From Nitrosopumilus sp. (GTDB lineage: Archaea; Thermoproteota; Nitrososphaeria; Nitrososphaerales; Nitrosopumilaceae): a stretch of DNA of 64,000 nucleotides. Below, in pieces: positions 1 through 10,756 of the stretch; the first letter of the stretch is position 1, and each line of letters opens with the position of its first letter. A program made the position numbers and the translations under genes. Location of the stretch: NCBI GenBank assembly GCA_965219345.1, contig OZ244732.1, positions 1,472,001 through 1,536,000 on the forward strand, given 5' to 3'. The notes beneath the pieces were generated by a model. The model saw nothing but the letters and a program-made list of their open reading frames with translations, did not search any database and had not been told where the DNA came from.

Positions 1-332
1 TTGTCACCTACAGTTCCTCCAATTGCCAAAGGGTCTGCTACTGTAATTTTTGACATGTCTATTTCTTTATCTTTTATCAAATCATATCGTTGAACAGTTT
101 TGATTTCAAGAACATCGTCTCTTTCTTGAAGAAAATCTAATTCCTCTGGTGCTAGTCTTGAATAGCAATAAGGCTTGTGACCTGTTTCGTCCCTCCACAA
201 AAAGAGTTTCTGTGATTTTGGTTCATAGAATTTTAAAACAGCAGATTTTGAAATGTTTTCATATGTAGCTGATACCAACATCGATGGTGGCATTGATTCA
301 ATTTTTTCAGTCTCTGTTGCATTTACTTGCAT
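1..332 (-). CDS. polB: Family B DNA polymerase (PolB1), N-terminal part; runs off the window edge
   Basis: Hand translation from ATG at 332: MQVNATETEKIESMPPSMLVSATY...AVLKFYEPKSQKLFLWRDETGHKPYCYS...KITVADPLAIGG, recognised as the thaumarchaeal/crenarchaeal PolB1 N-terminus; not in the ORF track. Confidence 0.8.
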   Translation of the reverse strand, partial: MQVNATETEKIESMPPSMLVSATYENISKSAVLKFYEPKSQKLFLWRDETGHKPYCYSRLAPEELDFLQERDDVLEIKTVQRYDLIKDKEIDMSKITVADPLAIGGTVGD

Positions 333-336
333 TTTC

Positions 337-864
337 TCACACAGAACTTTCGTACTTGCTGGCTAGTTCTTTTGCCCATTTTGCTATTTTGTTTTTATCT
401 AGTTGAATCACTTCTACATTTGCCTCTTTTATCAAGTCAAAATCAGTTTCTGGATAAGAGTCAAGACAAACAAATTTTCTAATTCCGACTGTTATCGCCA
501 TTTTAGTACATTCTAGGCATGGAACGAATGTTGTATACAGTATTACTCCATCTGATCCTGCCTCAATTCCTAAAATTGCGCAATGCATTATTGCATTTGC
601 TTCTGCATGATTACAAAGACATCTGCCAAGTGACGCCCCTGATTCTATTTTTCCTTCCATTCTAAGTTGACACCGCTTACAACCCCCTTCAAAACAATTT
701 TTGATTCCAGGAGGAGTCCCATTATATCCTGTTGCTAACTGTCTATGATTTCTAACAATTACCGCACCAACTTGTCTTGTCATGCAGTTTGATCGCAGCT
801 TTGCCAACTCTGCTTGCAGCATAAAGTATTCGTCCCAATTTGGTCTATCAAAAGAACTATTCAC
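337..864 (-). CDS. dCMP deaminase family protein
   Basis: RPNWDEYFM, RSNC..RQVGAVIV, GYNG, HAEANAI and PCLEC zinc-deaminase motifs. Confidence 0.92.
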   Translation of the reverse strand: MNSSFDRPNWDEYFMLQAELAKLRSNCMTRQVGAVIVRNHRQLATGYNGTPPGIKNCFEGGCKRCQLRMEGKIESGASLGRCLCNHAEANAIMHCAILGIEAGSDGVILYTTFVPCLECTKMAITVGIRKFVCLDSYPETDFDLIKEANVEVIQLDKNKIAKWAKELASKYESSV

Positions 865-1004
865 ATAAATCCTGTTTGTCTGCTCAATATATGGTTCGCG
901 TTAGTTGGATTTTTGTTATTTCATGGATGTTGATAATTGAGTAATGGATAGCATTTTGCTATACAAAAGCATAAAATCAATAAATTCTGATTTTTCTTTG
1001 TAGA

Positions 1005-2513
1005 ATGACTCAATACATTGAAAAAAAATATGTTCAAAAAAACTCTATAGAAAAACGAGATTATCAGGTAAATCTTGCAAATCAGGCAATTGATGAAAAT
1101 TGTATTGTGGTCTTACCTACTGGTCTTGGAAAGACTGCTATCGCACTAAATGTAATTGCAGAATATCTGTCAAAAGGAACAGGCGAAGCATTGTTTTTGG
1201 CTCCAACCAGAGTTTTGGTAAATCAACATTATGAATTCCTTAAAGCGAATCTCACTTTAGATGATATTTCATTAATTACAGGTGAAGATCCTATTCAAAA
1301 ACGAACTAAACTTTGGAGTAATAGTGTAATTTGTGCAACTCCTGAAATTACCAAAAATGATTTGGATAGACAAATTGTATCTCCAGAACAATTCAATCTT
1401 GTAGTCTTTGATGAAGTGCATAGAACTGTTGGTGATTATGCTTATTCGGGAATTGCAGAACGATTTGAGAATTATTCTGCTAGACTCATTGGAATGACTG
1501 CAACTCTTCCAAGTGAAAAAGAAAAAGCAACTGAGATTCTAACAAGGCTTAGAATTTCGAGTATAGCCGAAAGAACAGAAGATAGCCCTGACGTAAAACC
1601 CTACATCCAAGAAACCAATACTGAATGGATTAACGTAGAACTTCCACCGGAATTAAAATCGATTCAGACATTATTGAAGTTAGCATTAGATAAAAGATAT
1701 GATTTACTAAGAAAAAATGGCATTCGTCTGGCCGAACAAAAATCTCTTTCTGCCCTGCTTAGAATCAGGATGTTCGTATTAAATCGGAATAGACGTTCTG
1801 CAAAACCTCTCTTCACAGCTATTAGAATTCATTATGCATTAAACATACTTGAAGCTCACGGAATTACTCCATTTCTAAAATTTTGTGAACGTGCACGGAA
1901 AAAAAAGGGTGCAGGAGTCAAAGAACTTTTTGAGATTGATCCTAATTTTACCAGGGCAGTACATCTTGCCAAAGAAGCTCAATCACGAGGAATTGAACAT
2001 TCAAAGATTCCCAAACTAAAAGAAATTCTTGAATCTGTTCCCGGTAAAGCTTTGATTTTTACGAGTTATCGAGACTCTGTTGACTTAATTTTCAATAAAC
2101 TAACAGAGATGGGTGTTTCTACAGGAATTCTAATTGGCAAAGCTGGCGAAACTGGACTAAAACAAAAAGAGCAGATTGAAGCTGTGCAAAAATTTAGGGA
2201 TGGTGTTTTTCAAGTACTAGTTGCGACACGTGTTGGCGAAGAAGGATTAGATATTGCTGAAGTAAACCAAGTAATTTTTTATGACAATGTACCAAGCTCC
2301 ATTCGATTTATACAAAGAAGGGGAAGAACTGGACGAAAAGACACTGGTAAATTGGTCGTACTTATTGCCAAAAATACTATTGATGAGAGATACTATTGGA
2401 TAGGAAAAAGAAAGATGTCATCTGCTAAATCAATGGGTGAAAATATGGCCAAAGTTTTGGAGAAAAATCAAGGAATTGAATCCGAAAAAACAGGACTAGA
2501 TGCTTTTCTTTAA
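1005..2513 (+). CDS. Hef/FANCM-like SF2 helicase (helicase domains only)
   Basis: LPTGLGKT Walker A, DEVH, TAT, EEGLDI, IQRRGRTGR motifs. Confidence 0.9.
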   Translation: MTQYIEKKYVQKNSIEKRDYQVNLANQAIDENCIVVLPTGLGKTAIALNVIAEYLSKGTGEALFLAPTRVLVNQHYEFLKANLTLDDISLITGEDPIQKRTKLWSNSVICATPEITKNDLDRQIVSPEQFNLVVFDEVHRTVGDYAYSGIAERFENYSARLIGMTATLPSEKEKATEILTRLRISSIAERTEDSPDVKPYIQETNTEWINVELPPELKSIQTLLKLALDKRYDLLRKNGIRLAEQKSLSALLRIRMFVLNRNRRSAKPLFTAIRIHYALNILEAHGITPFLKFCERARKKKGAGVKELFEIDPNFTRAVHLAKEAQSRGIEHSKIPKLKEILESVPGKALIFTSYRDSVDLIFNKLTEMGVSTGILIGKAGETGLKQKEQIEAVQKFRDGVFQVLVATRVGEEGLDIAEVNQVIFYDNVPSSIRFIQRRGRTGRKDTGKLVVLIAKNTIDERYYWIGKRKMSSAKSMGENMAKVLEKNQGIESEKTGLDAFL

Positions 2514-2520
2514 AATAAAA

Positions 2521-2799
2521 TTATCCTAATCTTTTGATGATGTGATACCCAAATTCTGATTTAACTGGTTCTGAAACTTCGCCAACTCCTAGCTTAAATG
2601 CAACTTCTTCAAATGGCTTTACCATCATGCCTTTTGTAAAATAGCCTAAATTCCCATCTTTTTTTGCACTACCTGAATCAATTGACAACTCTTTTGCCAA
2701 TTTTCCAAATTTTTCACCTTTTTGGAGCCTCTCTATAATGACAAGTGATTCACTTTGTTTTGTAACAAGAATATGAGAGCATTTAATCTTGACAGGCAA
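2521..2799 (-). CDS. Parvulin-type peptidyl-prolyl isomerase
   Basis: [43 protein letters not shown]. Confidence 0.93.
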   Translation of the reverse strand: MPVKIKCSHILVTKQSESLVIIERLQKGEKFGKLAKELSIDSGSAKKDGNLGYFTKGMMVKPFEEVAFKLGVGEVSEPVKSEFGYHIIKRLG

Positions 2800-2845
2800 T
2801 ATAGTTTAAGATTTTTTTCTGTTTCTTAATTGTTTTCTTTGAATT

Positions 2846-3127
2846 TTATTCACTGAATATCCGTTCTCTAATCTCTGGTATGTGTTTGTATATGATGTCT
2901 CTGACTTTGATTTGGTCTTCTGCAGTTGGCATTTCTTTTTGTGCACTAAGAATTGCACCGCTCATACCAAGTGCCATTCCTATAACAATCCCAAATACAA
3001 ATTCTTTAGGATTCTCCACTTTGAATGTCTCTTTGCTTTCTTTAATTTCTTCTAGATAAGATGGAATTGTTGCTACATCTCCATTGATAGTTTGAATTAT
3101 TATCTCCTCTAATTGTCCTTCACCCAT
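2846..3127 (-). CDS. Conserved hypothetical protein
   Basis: ORF 2846..3181; more plausible start at MGEGQLEE (3127), which reduces overlap with the divergent gene. Confidence 0.6.
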   Translation of the reverse strand: MGEGQLEEIIIQTINGDVATIPSYLEEIKESKETFKVENPKEFVFGIVIGMALGMSGAILSAQKEMPTAEDQIKVRDIIYKHIPEIRERIFSE

Positions 3128-3598
3128 GTGCGCCTTTCTGAGATAATTCTTAATAAATTTGTGCCTAAGATTTTTAATCAAGACTTTATGAGTAGATACA
3201 TGTTCATGTTCTTCACAGCAAATGAGGCAAATGAGGCATTACCTGATGTGATAAAAAAATTCGTGTATTCTCTGGCTAAAAAAAATGAAGTAACAAAACT
3301 AGAACAACAATTACAAATGAGTCTATCTACTAATTCTTTTGAAGAATATGTAACTTTAAAACAAAAACTAAATTCTGCAATAACTGAATTCTATAAATCA
3401 GTTGAAATCTTAGAAAATACTGGAGTAGTAGTTAAAAGCATTGAGCAAGGCTTGCTTGATTTTCCTTCAAAGAGATTCAATGAGGAAGTTTGGCTATGCT
3501 GGAAATATGGGGAGACTGAAATAAAGTTCTGGCATGAAAAAGATTCTGGTTTTATGGGCCGAAAGCCCATAGAAGTAAGTGATGAATCATTAGTTTAA
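3113..3598 (+). CDS. DUF2203-like protein (true start probably ~3200)
   Basis: FT..EANE.LP and GLLDFPS...EVWLCWKYGE..I.FWH...GF.GRKPI. Confidence 0.8.
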   Translation: MSFTHVRLSEIILNKFVPKIFNQDFMSRYMFMFFTANEANEALPDVIKKFVYSLAKKNEVTKLEQQLQMSLSTNSFEEYVTLKQKLNSAITEFYKSVEILENTGVVVKSIEQGLLDFPSKRFNEEVWLCWKYGETEIKFWHEKDSGFMGRKPIEVSDESLV

Positions 3599-3823
3599 TT
3601 TTTCAACAAAGTTTTTGACATCCAGAGTCTTGAGTGGTTTTGAAGAATCCCATAGAAATGAGCATAAAGTGAAGACATTGTCTATCATTTCTATCGAGTT
3701 TGTGCATATTGAAAAATCTGAATTAGGCCCTAAATGCTGAAAAGATATAGCAGAGTCAGACATTATCATTTTTTTATCTTTTTGCATAACTATCCTTCCT
3801 TTTGATGGAAGTTTACCAATGAT

Positions 3824-4072
3824 ATGGGTAGTTATTATTGGGTTCGGAATCAATATTATATCCAAGATCAATCAGATGTGCATAGTTTGGACCTTCAAAG
3901 ATTCTACAATATATCATGTTATACATATGGATTTGATAAAGACTACAATCAAGATCTCATAATAGATGGATGGTTACCTCTCAATAGATCTTCCAGCTGT
4001 GAATATGAATTTGATCGTCTTCTTTATGGTTTTTCAAATATTTTTGAGAATTATCTAATAACTGATATGTAA
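3824..4072 (+). pseudogene. C-terminal remnant of a DUF4344-like putative metallopeptidase
   Basis: DVHSLDLQRFYNISCYTYG...LP.NRSSSCEYEF motif present without its N-terminus. Confidence 0.55.
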
Positions 4073-4149
4073 TCTATCGACACTTTCCAAGTAGAATTAT
4101 CTACTGCAAACTTACCAGTTCCTTAATGGAACTTCATTAATAATCAATA

Positions 4150-4595
4150 CCGCTTCATCTCAAGCTCAATTACAAATCTTTACTGGTGGTTTATCTGATG
4201 AGATTCGAGCAGATGAACCCATTGAATTTAAATTATTTGTAGATGATGAAAATGCAGAATCCGTATCAGGCGCATCTCTTAAAATAATTCCTAATGATGA
4301 TGTATTGATAACTCCAGATATTATTCAAACAAGTTCTGATGGTCGCGCAACTATTAGTTTAACTGCATTTGAGGGACCACTGGTTTCTTTTGATATTATT
4401 GCAACTGCTGAAGGATATGCAGAAGGTAAGGGTGCATTTACTGTAAATGTTGATGCTCCAGAAAGAATATTTGGTGCTATTAATTTAGAATTGCCTGAAT
4501 GGATAATCTATATTGTAATTGGTGTAATTTTGATGGTCGGAGTTGTGATACTTGTGTTCTTAAGGAAATCAAAAGCTGATTTAGAAGAAGAATAG
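4150..4595 (+). pseudogene. C-terminal remnant of a membrane-anchored surface protein
   Basis: Ig-like beta stretch, C-terminal TM helix (LPEWIIYIVIGVILMVGVVILVFL) and basic tail; no proper 5' end. Confidence 0.5.
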
Positions 4596-4617
4596 GAAGA
4601 GGAAGAGATTTAATTTT

Positions 4618-4827
4618 CTATTTTTTATCTACTCTTTTCTTGTCTCTACAAATCCCACAAAGATAATTTCTCTTAAATCTCTCTAATTCTGTTTTGAATT
4701 CTTCCGTTTGAGAATATTTTTCTCCCGCCTTCAACCCTCCTGGTACTTTTTTACCGCAACAAGTACAATTAATTTCGACATTAAATTTTACCTTCTTTTC
4801 GTTTTCTAAAATTTTGCCAATTATCAT
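4618..4827 (-). CDS. Small Zn-finger protein
   Basis: CTCCG...CGICRD cysteine pairs, 69 aa. Confidence 0.65.
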   Translation of the reverse strand: MIIGKILENEKKVKFNVEINCTCCGKKVPGGLKAGEKYSQTEEFKTELERFKRNYLCGICRDKKRVDKK

Positions 4828-4898
4828 AGGTACGTTTCATTTAGTTCTGATATAAACAATGGCCTGAAGCCAAAACTCATGAATATTATACTAAAAAA

Positions 4899-5798
4899 TT
4901 GATACTCTTTTTGATGCTCTCAGTTTGGTTTCGGGTGATTCGAGTAAGATTTCTTCTTGCGTCTGTAATTGCAGTTTCTGTTGGTTTGGCACTTAATTGG
5001 CAGCAAAATTTCTCAATAGATCCACTTGATGCAATTTTGATATTTGCTGGAGTGATGGCACTTCATGCAAGTGTAGATCTACTAAATGATTTCTGGGATT
5101 TCAAAAGAGGAATTGACACAAAAACTATTCGAACTAAGATGAGTGGCGGAACTGGTGTATTGCCAGAAGGATTACTCAAACCGTCTTCTGTGTATCGTGC
5201 AGGAATTGGATTCTTAATAATCGGCTCACTAATTGGAATCTATTTTGTAGTCACAGATGGTATTATTGTTGGAATAATTCTGGGATTTGCAATTTTATCT
5301 ATCTATTTTTATTCAACAAAAATTGTTGACTCTGGTTTAGGTGAATTTTTTGTTGCGGTAAAAGGTTCCATGATTGTAGTAGGTGCTTATTTTATTCAAT
5401 CGGGAGAAATCACTATGGAATCAATTCTTGCCGGAATTGTTGTTGGAGTTTTATCTTCACTGGTACTTTTTATTGCTTCATTTCCTGATCATGATGCTGA
5501 CAAGTCAAAAGGTCGAAAATCTTTGGTTATTTCAGTTGGAAAAGAAAAAGCTACAAAACTTTTTTGGATTTTCCCACTGGTGTCGTATTTTGCAATAATA
5601 ATTGGTGTGTCTGCAAACTTATTTCCTCTGTTGTCTTTGATTACTCTTCTCAGCATTCCATTGATGATAAGATCTGGATTAGGGTTAAGGAAAAATTTTG
5701 ACTCCATTGAGAATTTAGTTCCATTCATGTCTTCAACTTTGATGTTCAGTAGAGTTACTGGAGCTTTATTTGTTGTTAGTTTTTTGATTGTACTGTAA
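4899..5798 (+). CDS. menA: UbiA/MenA-family prenyltransferase
   Basis: NDFWDFKRGID and FPDHDADKSKGRKSL aspartate-rich motifs, multiple TM helices. Confidence 0.85.
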   Translation: MILFLMLSVWFRVIRVRFLLASVIAVSVGLALNWQQNFSIDPLDAILIFAGVMALHASVDLLNDFWDFKRGIDTKTIRTKMSGGTGVLPEGLLKPSSVYRAGIGFLIIGSLIGIYFVVTDGIIVGIILGFAILSIYFYSTKIVDSGLGEFFVAVKGSMIVVGAYFIQSGEITMESILAGIVVGVLSSLVLFIASFPDHDADKSKGRKSLVISVGKEKATKLFWIFPLVSYFAIIIGVSANLFPLLSLITLLSIPLMIRSGLGLRKNFDSIENLVPFMSSTLMFSRVTGALFVVSFLIVL

Positions 5799-5824
5799 GA
5801 CTTTAAACATAAATTTAGCAATTT

Positions 5825-6937
5825 ATGAGAATTTGTATGATTTCTGGCTTTGCAACTTCTGAAGGAACCAAAAAATTTGCTCAAAACTCAGGTGTAAATC
5901 AAGCCAATTTCAAAGAATTTGAAAAACTTACTCTCTCCAATGTGGGAATTGGGACCTATCTTGGTGATCCGGATACTAAAACCGATGAATTAGTAACAAA
6001 TGCTGTAAAACAATCCATTCTTTCTGGAATCAATGTTATAGACACTGCAATAAATTATAGATCTCAAAAAGCAGAACGTTCTGTTGGAAAAGCCATTTCA
6101 GAATTAGTTCAAGAAGAAAAAATTTCACGTGATCAATTATTTCTTAGTACTAAAAACGGATATGTAACAAATGATGCCGATGTTCAGTTAGGTTTTTGGG
6201 AATACGTCAAAGAAGAATATTCTCAAAAAGGCATCATCAAAGAAGGTGATGTTACCTCTGGGTATCATTGCATGACTCCTACTTACCTTTCTGATCAACT
6301 AGATCGTAGTTTGAAAAACTTGGGGTTAGATTGTGTTGATTTGATGTATCTTCATAATGCAGTAGAAGGACAAATCAAAGACGTTTCCAAGGAACAGTTC
6401 TTAACGAATCTGAAATCTGTTTTTGAATTATATGAACAAAAACGTGATGAAGGAAAAATTAAATTTTATGGAATGGCAACTTGGGAATGTTTTAGAGTTC
6501 CAAATGACAATCCTCAATATTTATCCCTTGAGGACACAGTTAACATGGCCAAAAAAATTGGAGGAGACGATCATGGGTTCAGATTTATTCAATTACCCTT
6601 TAACATGAATTATGATCAAGCACTGCTTGGAAAAACACAATTACTTGCAAACAAAAATGTTTCTGTATTGGAAACAGCTGTAACATTAGGAATCGGTGTG
6701 TTTACTAGCGTTCCATTTATGCAAGGACGTTTGTTAGCACCGGGTGTAATGCCTGAATTCAATGAATTAAAACCTTCTTTGCGTGCTTTGCAGTTTATCC
6801 GTTCATCTCCCGGAGTGTTATCGCCTTTGGTTGGACAGAAGTCTTCTGAACACGTCACTGAAAATCTGGAGATCATGAAAATTCCTCCTATACCTGAAGA
6901 TGAATTTCTAGCACTAGTCAAGAAACTAACTTCTTGA
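5825..6937 (+). CDS. Aldo/keto reductase
   Basis: GIGTY, IDTAINY, STKNG, LDRSLKNLGLDCVDLMYLHN, IQLPFN. Confidence 0.9.
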   Translation: MRICMISGFATSEGTKKFAQNSGVNQANFKEFEKLTLSNVGIGTYLGDPDTKTDELVTNAVKQSILSGINVIDTAINYRSQKAERSVGKAISELVQEEKISRDQLFLSTKNGYVTNDADVQLGFWEYVKEEYSQKGIIKEGDVTSGYHCMTPTYLSDQLDRSLKNLGLDCVDLMYLHNAVEGQIKDVSKEQFLTNLKSVFELYEQKRDEGKIKFYGMATWECFRVPNDNPQYLSLEDTVNMAKKIGGDDHGFRFIQLPFNMNYDQALLGKTQLLANKNVSVLETAVTLGIGVFTSVPFMQGRLLAPGVMPEFNELKPSLRALQFIRSSPGVLSPLVGQKSSEHVTENLEIMKIPPIPEDEFLALVKKLTS

Positions 6938-7004
6938 AGATTTTATTCTCAAATTAAAAACTTTGTAGAACGATTAAATGAGAGATTCATAGGATGGGAA
7001 TTAA

Positions 7005-7370
7005 ATGCCTAGTAAAATTTACGATTATACCAAAGTCTGTGATTCTGTTTTAGCAATTGATTCTAAAATTAGATTTGCAGGTGTAATTAATGAGCGTGGT
7101 AGATTAGTCGCAGGTGGTATGAGAGCAAATGTTGAACCATTGGAAAGTGAAAAAGATGACGAAATGATTTTCATGGAACTTGCATTACGTGTTAAAATGA
7201 GACAAGAATTTGACAAACAACTTGGTTGTGTAAATTTTGCTATGGCCTCACGCGAACGTGTGCTTGCAATCAGTGTGCCTCTAGGTGAGGATGTTTTGTA
7301 TATCGTATCTGAACCTGATACTGATTATAGCGTTATTCCAAAAAAAATTCTTGAAATAATCAATCCTTAG
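7005..7370 (+). CDS. Thaumarchaeal roadblock-like (DUF6659-type) protein
   Basis: IRFAGVINERGRLVAGG...MELALRVKMRQEFDKQLG pattern. Confidence 0.7.
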   Translation: MPSKIYDYTKVCDSVLAIDSKIRFAGVINERGRLVAGGMRANVEPLESEKDDEMIFMELALRVKMRQEFDKQLGCVNFAMASRERVLAISVPLGEDVLYIVSEPDTDYSVIPKKILEIINP

Positions 7371-7414
7371 ACTTTATTCTTAATCTATAAATAGAATTCA
7401 CATATGAAAAATTT

Positions 7415-7561
7415 GTGCCAGTTGATCCAGTTTGTGGAATTGAGCTTGATGAAGATATAGCATTACTTCATGAACATGGTGGGAAAAAATTCTATTTCTG
7501 CTGTAACGGATGTAGGAAAATTTTTGTCAAAAAACCTCGTAAATACAAAAATAATGTTTAG
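7415..7561 (+). CDS. YHS/TRASH-domain small metal-binding protein
   Basis: Hand translation: MPVDPVCGIELDEDIALLHEHGGKKFYFCCNGCRKIFVKKPRKYKNNV; below the ORF-track cut-off. Confidence 0.8.
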   Translation: MPVDPVCGIELDEDIALLHEHGGKKFYFCCNGCRKIFVKKPRKYKNNV

Positions 7562-8514
7562 ATGGGAAAGGCTCCACACATTCTACAAAATTTTGAATTT
7601 TCGACTTTATGTTTACAATACGGGCAAGTATTCTCCGCTTTACTATCAACAGGAGAACCAAATAATTTCTTAAAAATTTCATAATAATGCATGGATTCTC
7701 TGCTTCTGATGATCACTTCATCCTCTTTCTCAGTGATTAGTTTTTTTTCAACAAATACTTCTTCGTTAATTATCGAATTAAACAAATTTGTCAGTCCGGC
7801 GGTTCCTGCACCCTCTTCCATCGGTGATTTTTCTCTCCATGCAACTTGGTGTGGAATATATTTTTCAAATGTCTTTCGTAGAATCCATTTACCTTGTCTT
7901 TTCTCCTTTTCATCTCTAACTTTCAGATTTGCTGGAATTTTTTCAGCCAGTTTTAGAACTGATTTATTTAGAAAAGGTGATTCAATGCTTATTCCCAACG
8001 CTTTACCAATTTTTTGTGTTGGGAAATGCATTATTGAGCAAATTCTCTTGATCTCTTCTTCTAATTCCTCTTTTGGCTTGTTTATTAGAAAATTATATCC
8101 TGCAAATAACTCGTCTGCCCCATCCCCTGTGATGATTGATTTTTCACCATTATCCTTTGCCCATTTTATTGCCAAATACATCACAACATTATTACGAATT
8201 TCAATATCGTTGAAATTCCTTAAAATCTTAATCGTATCCTCTATTGCTTCAAGAATTATAGCAGTTTTGACGTTGTAAATTGATAAAGGTAATTGCATTT
8301 CTTTTGAAACCATTTGACAATAAGTTAGATCTGTTGAAACAAAATCTTCAGTAATAATTGCAACGGTATTTGGTTTTCTTTGTTTTAGAAAATATGCAAT
8401 GATAGAACTATCTAACCCTCCAGATAATGAAATCAAATTTGATTCACAAGAATTGCAGGATTCTTCTAAAATTTTGTAAAGGTTTTTGGAAGCTTTATCC
8501 AATGAGAAATACAT
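7558..8514 (-). CDS. Asparagine synthase-related protein (synthetase domain with C-terminal Zn ribbon)
   Basis: SLSGGLDSS, TGDGADELFAGY, GKWILRK, WREKSPM, CPYC...CRMC; start position uncertain. Confidence 0.85.
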   Translation of the reverse strand: MYFSLDKASKNLYKILEESCNSCESNLISLSGGLDSSIIAYFLKQRKPNTVAIITEDFVSTDLTYCQMVSKEMQLPLSIYNVKTAIILEAIEDTIKILRNFNDIEIRNNVVMYLAIKWAKDNGEKSIITGDGADELFAGYNFLINKPKEELEEEIKRICSIMHFPTQKIGKALGISIESPFLNKSVLKLAEKIPANLKVRDEKEKRQGKWILRKTFEKYIPHQVAWREKSPMEEGAGTAGLTNLFNSIINEEVFVEKKLITEKEDEVIIRSRESMHYYEIFKKLFGSPVDSKAENTCPYCKHKVENSKFCRMCGAFPI

Positions 8515-8612
8515 GTGCTGGAAATTAAAATAGCTATGCCTAATGATCTTCCTTTGAATAATTATGCCTTTTATTGCAAACTTTAAATCCTTTATAGAAT
8601 TCTTGAGAATTA

Positions 8613-9029
8613 ATGCTATTACCTGCTGAAATCGAATCAAAAACTCTAATCCCTGCATTGAGAGCAATTCTTGCAAAAAAACTTGCAGAGGATCATAACA
8701 TTAGAGAAGACGAAATTTCTAAAATGCTTGGAGTTACTCAAGCTGCAGTTAGCAATTATATTCGTGGAACAAGAGGTGATCCCTCTTTGATTGCAAAACT
8801 TTTAGCAGAAAAACAAGTTGCAATTATGATAGATGAATTAAGTGATAGCCTTTCATCAGACATGGCATACACTCCATCTAATCTTTCAAAATTCATTGGG
8901 CTTTGTAATTATATCAAATCTAGCTTGTTGATATGTGAGATACATCACAATCTAGAATCAAACATAGATGAACAAGTATGCAAAGAATGTGAAAATATGC
9001 TTCTTAAAGGTCCTGGTAGTATTTACTAG
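8613..9029 (+). CDS. HTH transcriptional regulator with C-terminal Cys/His motif
   Basis: EISKMLGVTQAAVSNYIRGTRG helix-turn-helix; ICEIHH...CKEC. Confidence 0.8.
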   Translation: MLLPAEIESKTLIPALRAILAKKLAEDHNIREDEISKMLGVTQAAVSNYIRGTRGDPSLIAKLLAEKQVAIMIDELSDSLSSDMAYTPSNLSKFIGLCNYIKSSLLICEIHHNLESNIDEQVCKECENMLLKGPGSIY

Positions 9030-9340
9030 ATTTTATTTAAAATAATCTCAACAGTTGATGTCATACTGCCAATACCTGCAGCTGATTCTGTATCTACAGT
9101 AATTTTTTTAACTTTAGAATTTCCTTTCATCATTTTTTCTGTAATTATGTTTGCAACTGCCACTGCATTTGGGATTGAATTTCCCTTTGCTTTAAGAATA
9201 ACTTGATTTTTACTTCCTAGTACAGATAAAACGTCGACAGCCAGTAACATTACTGGATCATTTCCAATATTTATGATGGCATCGTCAGACTTTTTGGTCT
9301 GCTCCTGACCATACTGTTCATTTAACTCGTCCATGAGCAT
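9026..9340 (-). CDS. Alba-family DNA/RNA-binding protein
   Basis: IGNDPVM...VILKAKGNSIPNAVAVANII...STVEIIL. Confidence 0.8.
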   Translation of the reverse strand: MLMDELNEQYGQEQTKKSDDAIINIGNDPVMLLAVDVLSVLGSKNQVILKAKGNSIPNAVAVANIITEKMMKGNSKVKKITVDTESAAGIGSMTSTVEIILNKI

Positions 9341-9391
9341 TACTTAGCAATCAGCAATTTTTTGTTCTTTTAAGTTTTATCGACCATTGAT

Positions 9392-9883
9392 TCATTTTTC
9401 AAAATAATCAATTGGTATATTCTGGAAATCTCCATTTGGAAGTACTCTTCTGATCGTAATTGGTATTACTCTTTGTTCGAGTTCTTCCATTGAAATATCC
9501 AGCGAAATTCTTGCAGTTTTTGGAATTGGAATAAATGGTGGTGCTCCTAGAGACAACTGCAATGCTCTTGCGCCCATAATTCTTGCCTTTTCAAATCTTG
9601 TCAATGTTGGTGGCCCAATTGTGATTTTATTTTTTTCGCAAGGAATCTCTGCTGGGTCATGATCTTCTACCCTCTCAATAACTTCTCTATTTTCAATTTC
9701 TTTGATTTTGCTTTCAAGACTTTCTTGTTGTTTTTCAGTTAACGGCTCAACTAGATCTTTTCTATCAATTAATTTTCGATAAGTTTCTAGTGCCTTGTTT
9801 AATCCAGCATTTTCTTCTACTTCTGAATCAACAACTTCAGTTTCTGGAACTTCAACCAATTCAGTTTCTTTAGCTTTAGACAA
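9392..9883 (-). CDS. rpoK: DNA-directed RNA polymerase subunit K (Rpo6)
   Basis: LTRFEKARIMGARALQLSLGAPP...IPITIRRVLP. Confidence 0.95.
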   Translation of the reverse strand: MSKAKETELVEVPETEVVDSEVEENAGLNKALETYRKLIDRKDLVEPLTEKQQESLESKIKEIENREVIERVEDHDPAEIPCEKNKITIGPPTLTRFEKARIMGARALQLSLGAPPFIPIPKTARISLDISMEELEQRVIPITIRRVLPNGDFQNIPIDYFEK

Positions 9884-10058
9884 GTAACGGAATTTTCTTA
9901 AAACGTTATTTAACTGCTCGTTTCAATAATTTTCATTTATTAAAATTATATATTTTATGCCTAGATTTACATGCTCTTCAAAGAATTAACCTCTTTACAC
10001 TATTCAATATACGGGTTCGGTTCAAATTACTGTAAACTCGAGACATGATTAAATTTTT

Positions 10059-10301
10059 ATGCCCTCTATTAAAAATGACTACATGACAAAATGCCATTAC
10101 TGTACAGCTATATTAAACAAAAGAACATCAGGTTCTGAAACGTATTGTATTGATTGTGCAAAATCTAGATTTGGTTACATAAACAAAATCAAGAGATCTG
10201 GTTTTAGACATTCGACAAACACCCAGACAGAAAGTGTGTTATTAGAAGAAATTTCAGAAAAAATTCAGGGTAAAAAATCATGGACTTTGAAAGAAAGTTG
10301 A
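10059..10301 (+). CDS. Small hypothetical protein with CxxC pairs
   Basis: CHYC...CIDC; first ORF of the accessory region. Confidence 0.45.
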   Translation: MPSIKNDYMTKCHYCTAILNKRTSGSETYCIDCAKSRFGYINKIKRSGFRHSTNTQTESVLLEEISEKIQGKKSWTLKES

Positions 10302-10462
10302 GTTGTCAAAAGAATTTTAAATTTTAGGTTTTAGGCTTTGGTCACATCGGAGATTGGATTATAATCTTCTCCATGTTAACTGTCAGTACTTTTGATGAGA
10401 CTGATGAGTTAACAAAACACTAAAACAAAAACTAAAAAACAGGCAGAAACCCATTCTTTGAC

Positions 10463-10699
10463 ATGAGAAAAAACCCACACCCAACATATGCCAAGATAGT
10501 CAGGGCGGTAAAATCAAGGAAGCTAAAAGAGCCGTTTTATCCAAATGACCTGGTAAAGGCGTGCCGCATTTCTGCAAGTGCCGCATCAAGGTATCCTTCC
10601 AGATACCGAAGGGGCAATCCGCAGAAAAAGCCAGTCTACTTTGTAAGGTCCAATGACGGCCGGTACAGGCTGGCCAGGCCATTCAAGTATGGCATGTGA
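10463..10699 (+). CDS. Small basic hypothetical protein, possibly winged-helix DNA binding
   Basis: 78 aa Arg/Lys-rich ORF: F.PNDLVKACRISASAASRY...FVRSNDGRYRL. Confidence 0.55.
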   Translation: MRKNPHPTYAKIVRAVKSRKLKEPFYPNDLVKACRISASAASRYPSRYRRGNPQKKPVYFVRSNDGRYRLARPFKYGM

Positions 10700-10756
10700 T
10701 GCCGTTTTTGCGTCCTAAACCCGGGACATTTGGGTTAGTGTTGCGCTGTACATCTT

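Noticed and set aside
1005-2513. Hef helicase lacking a nuclease domain as a truncation
   Set aside because: Ends cleanly with a PIP-box-like tail (KTGLDAFL); helicase-only forms occur in archaea
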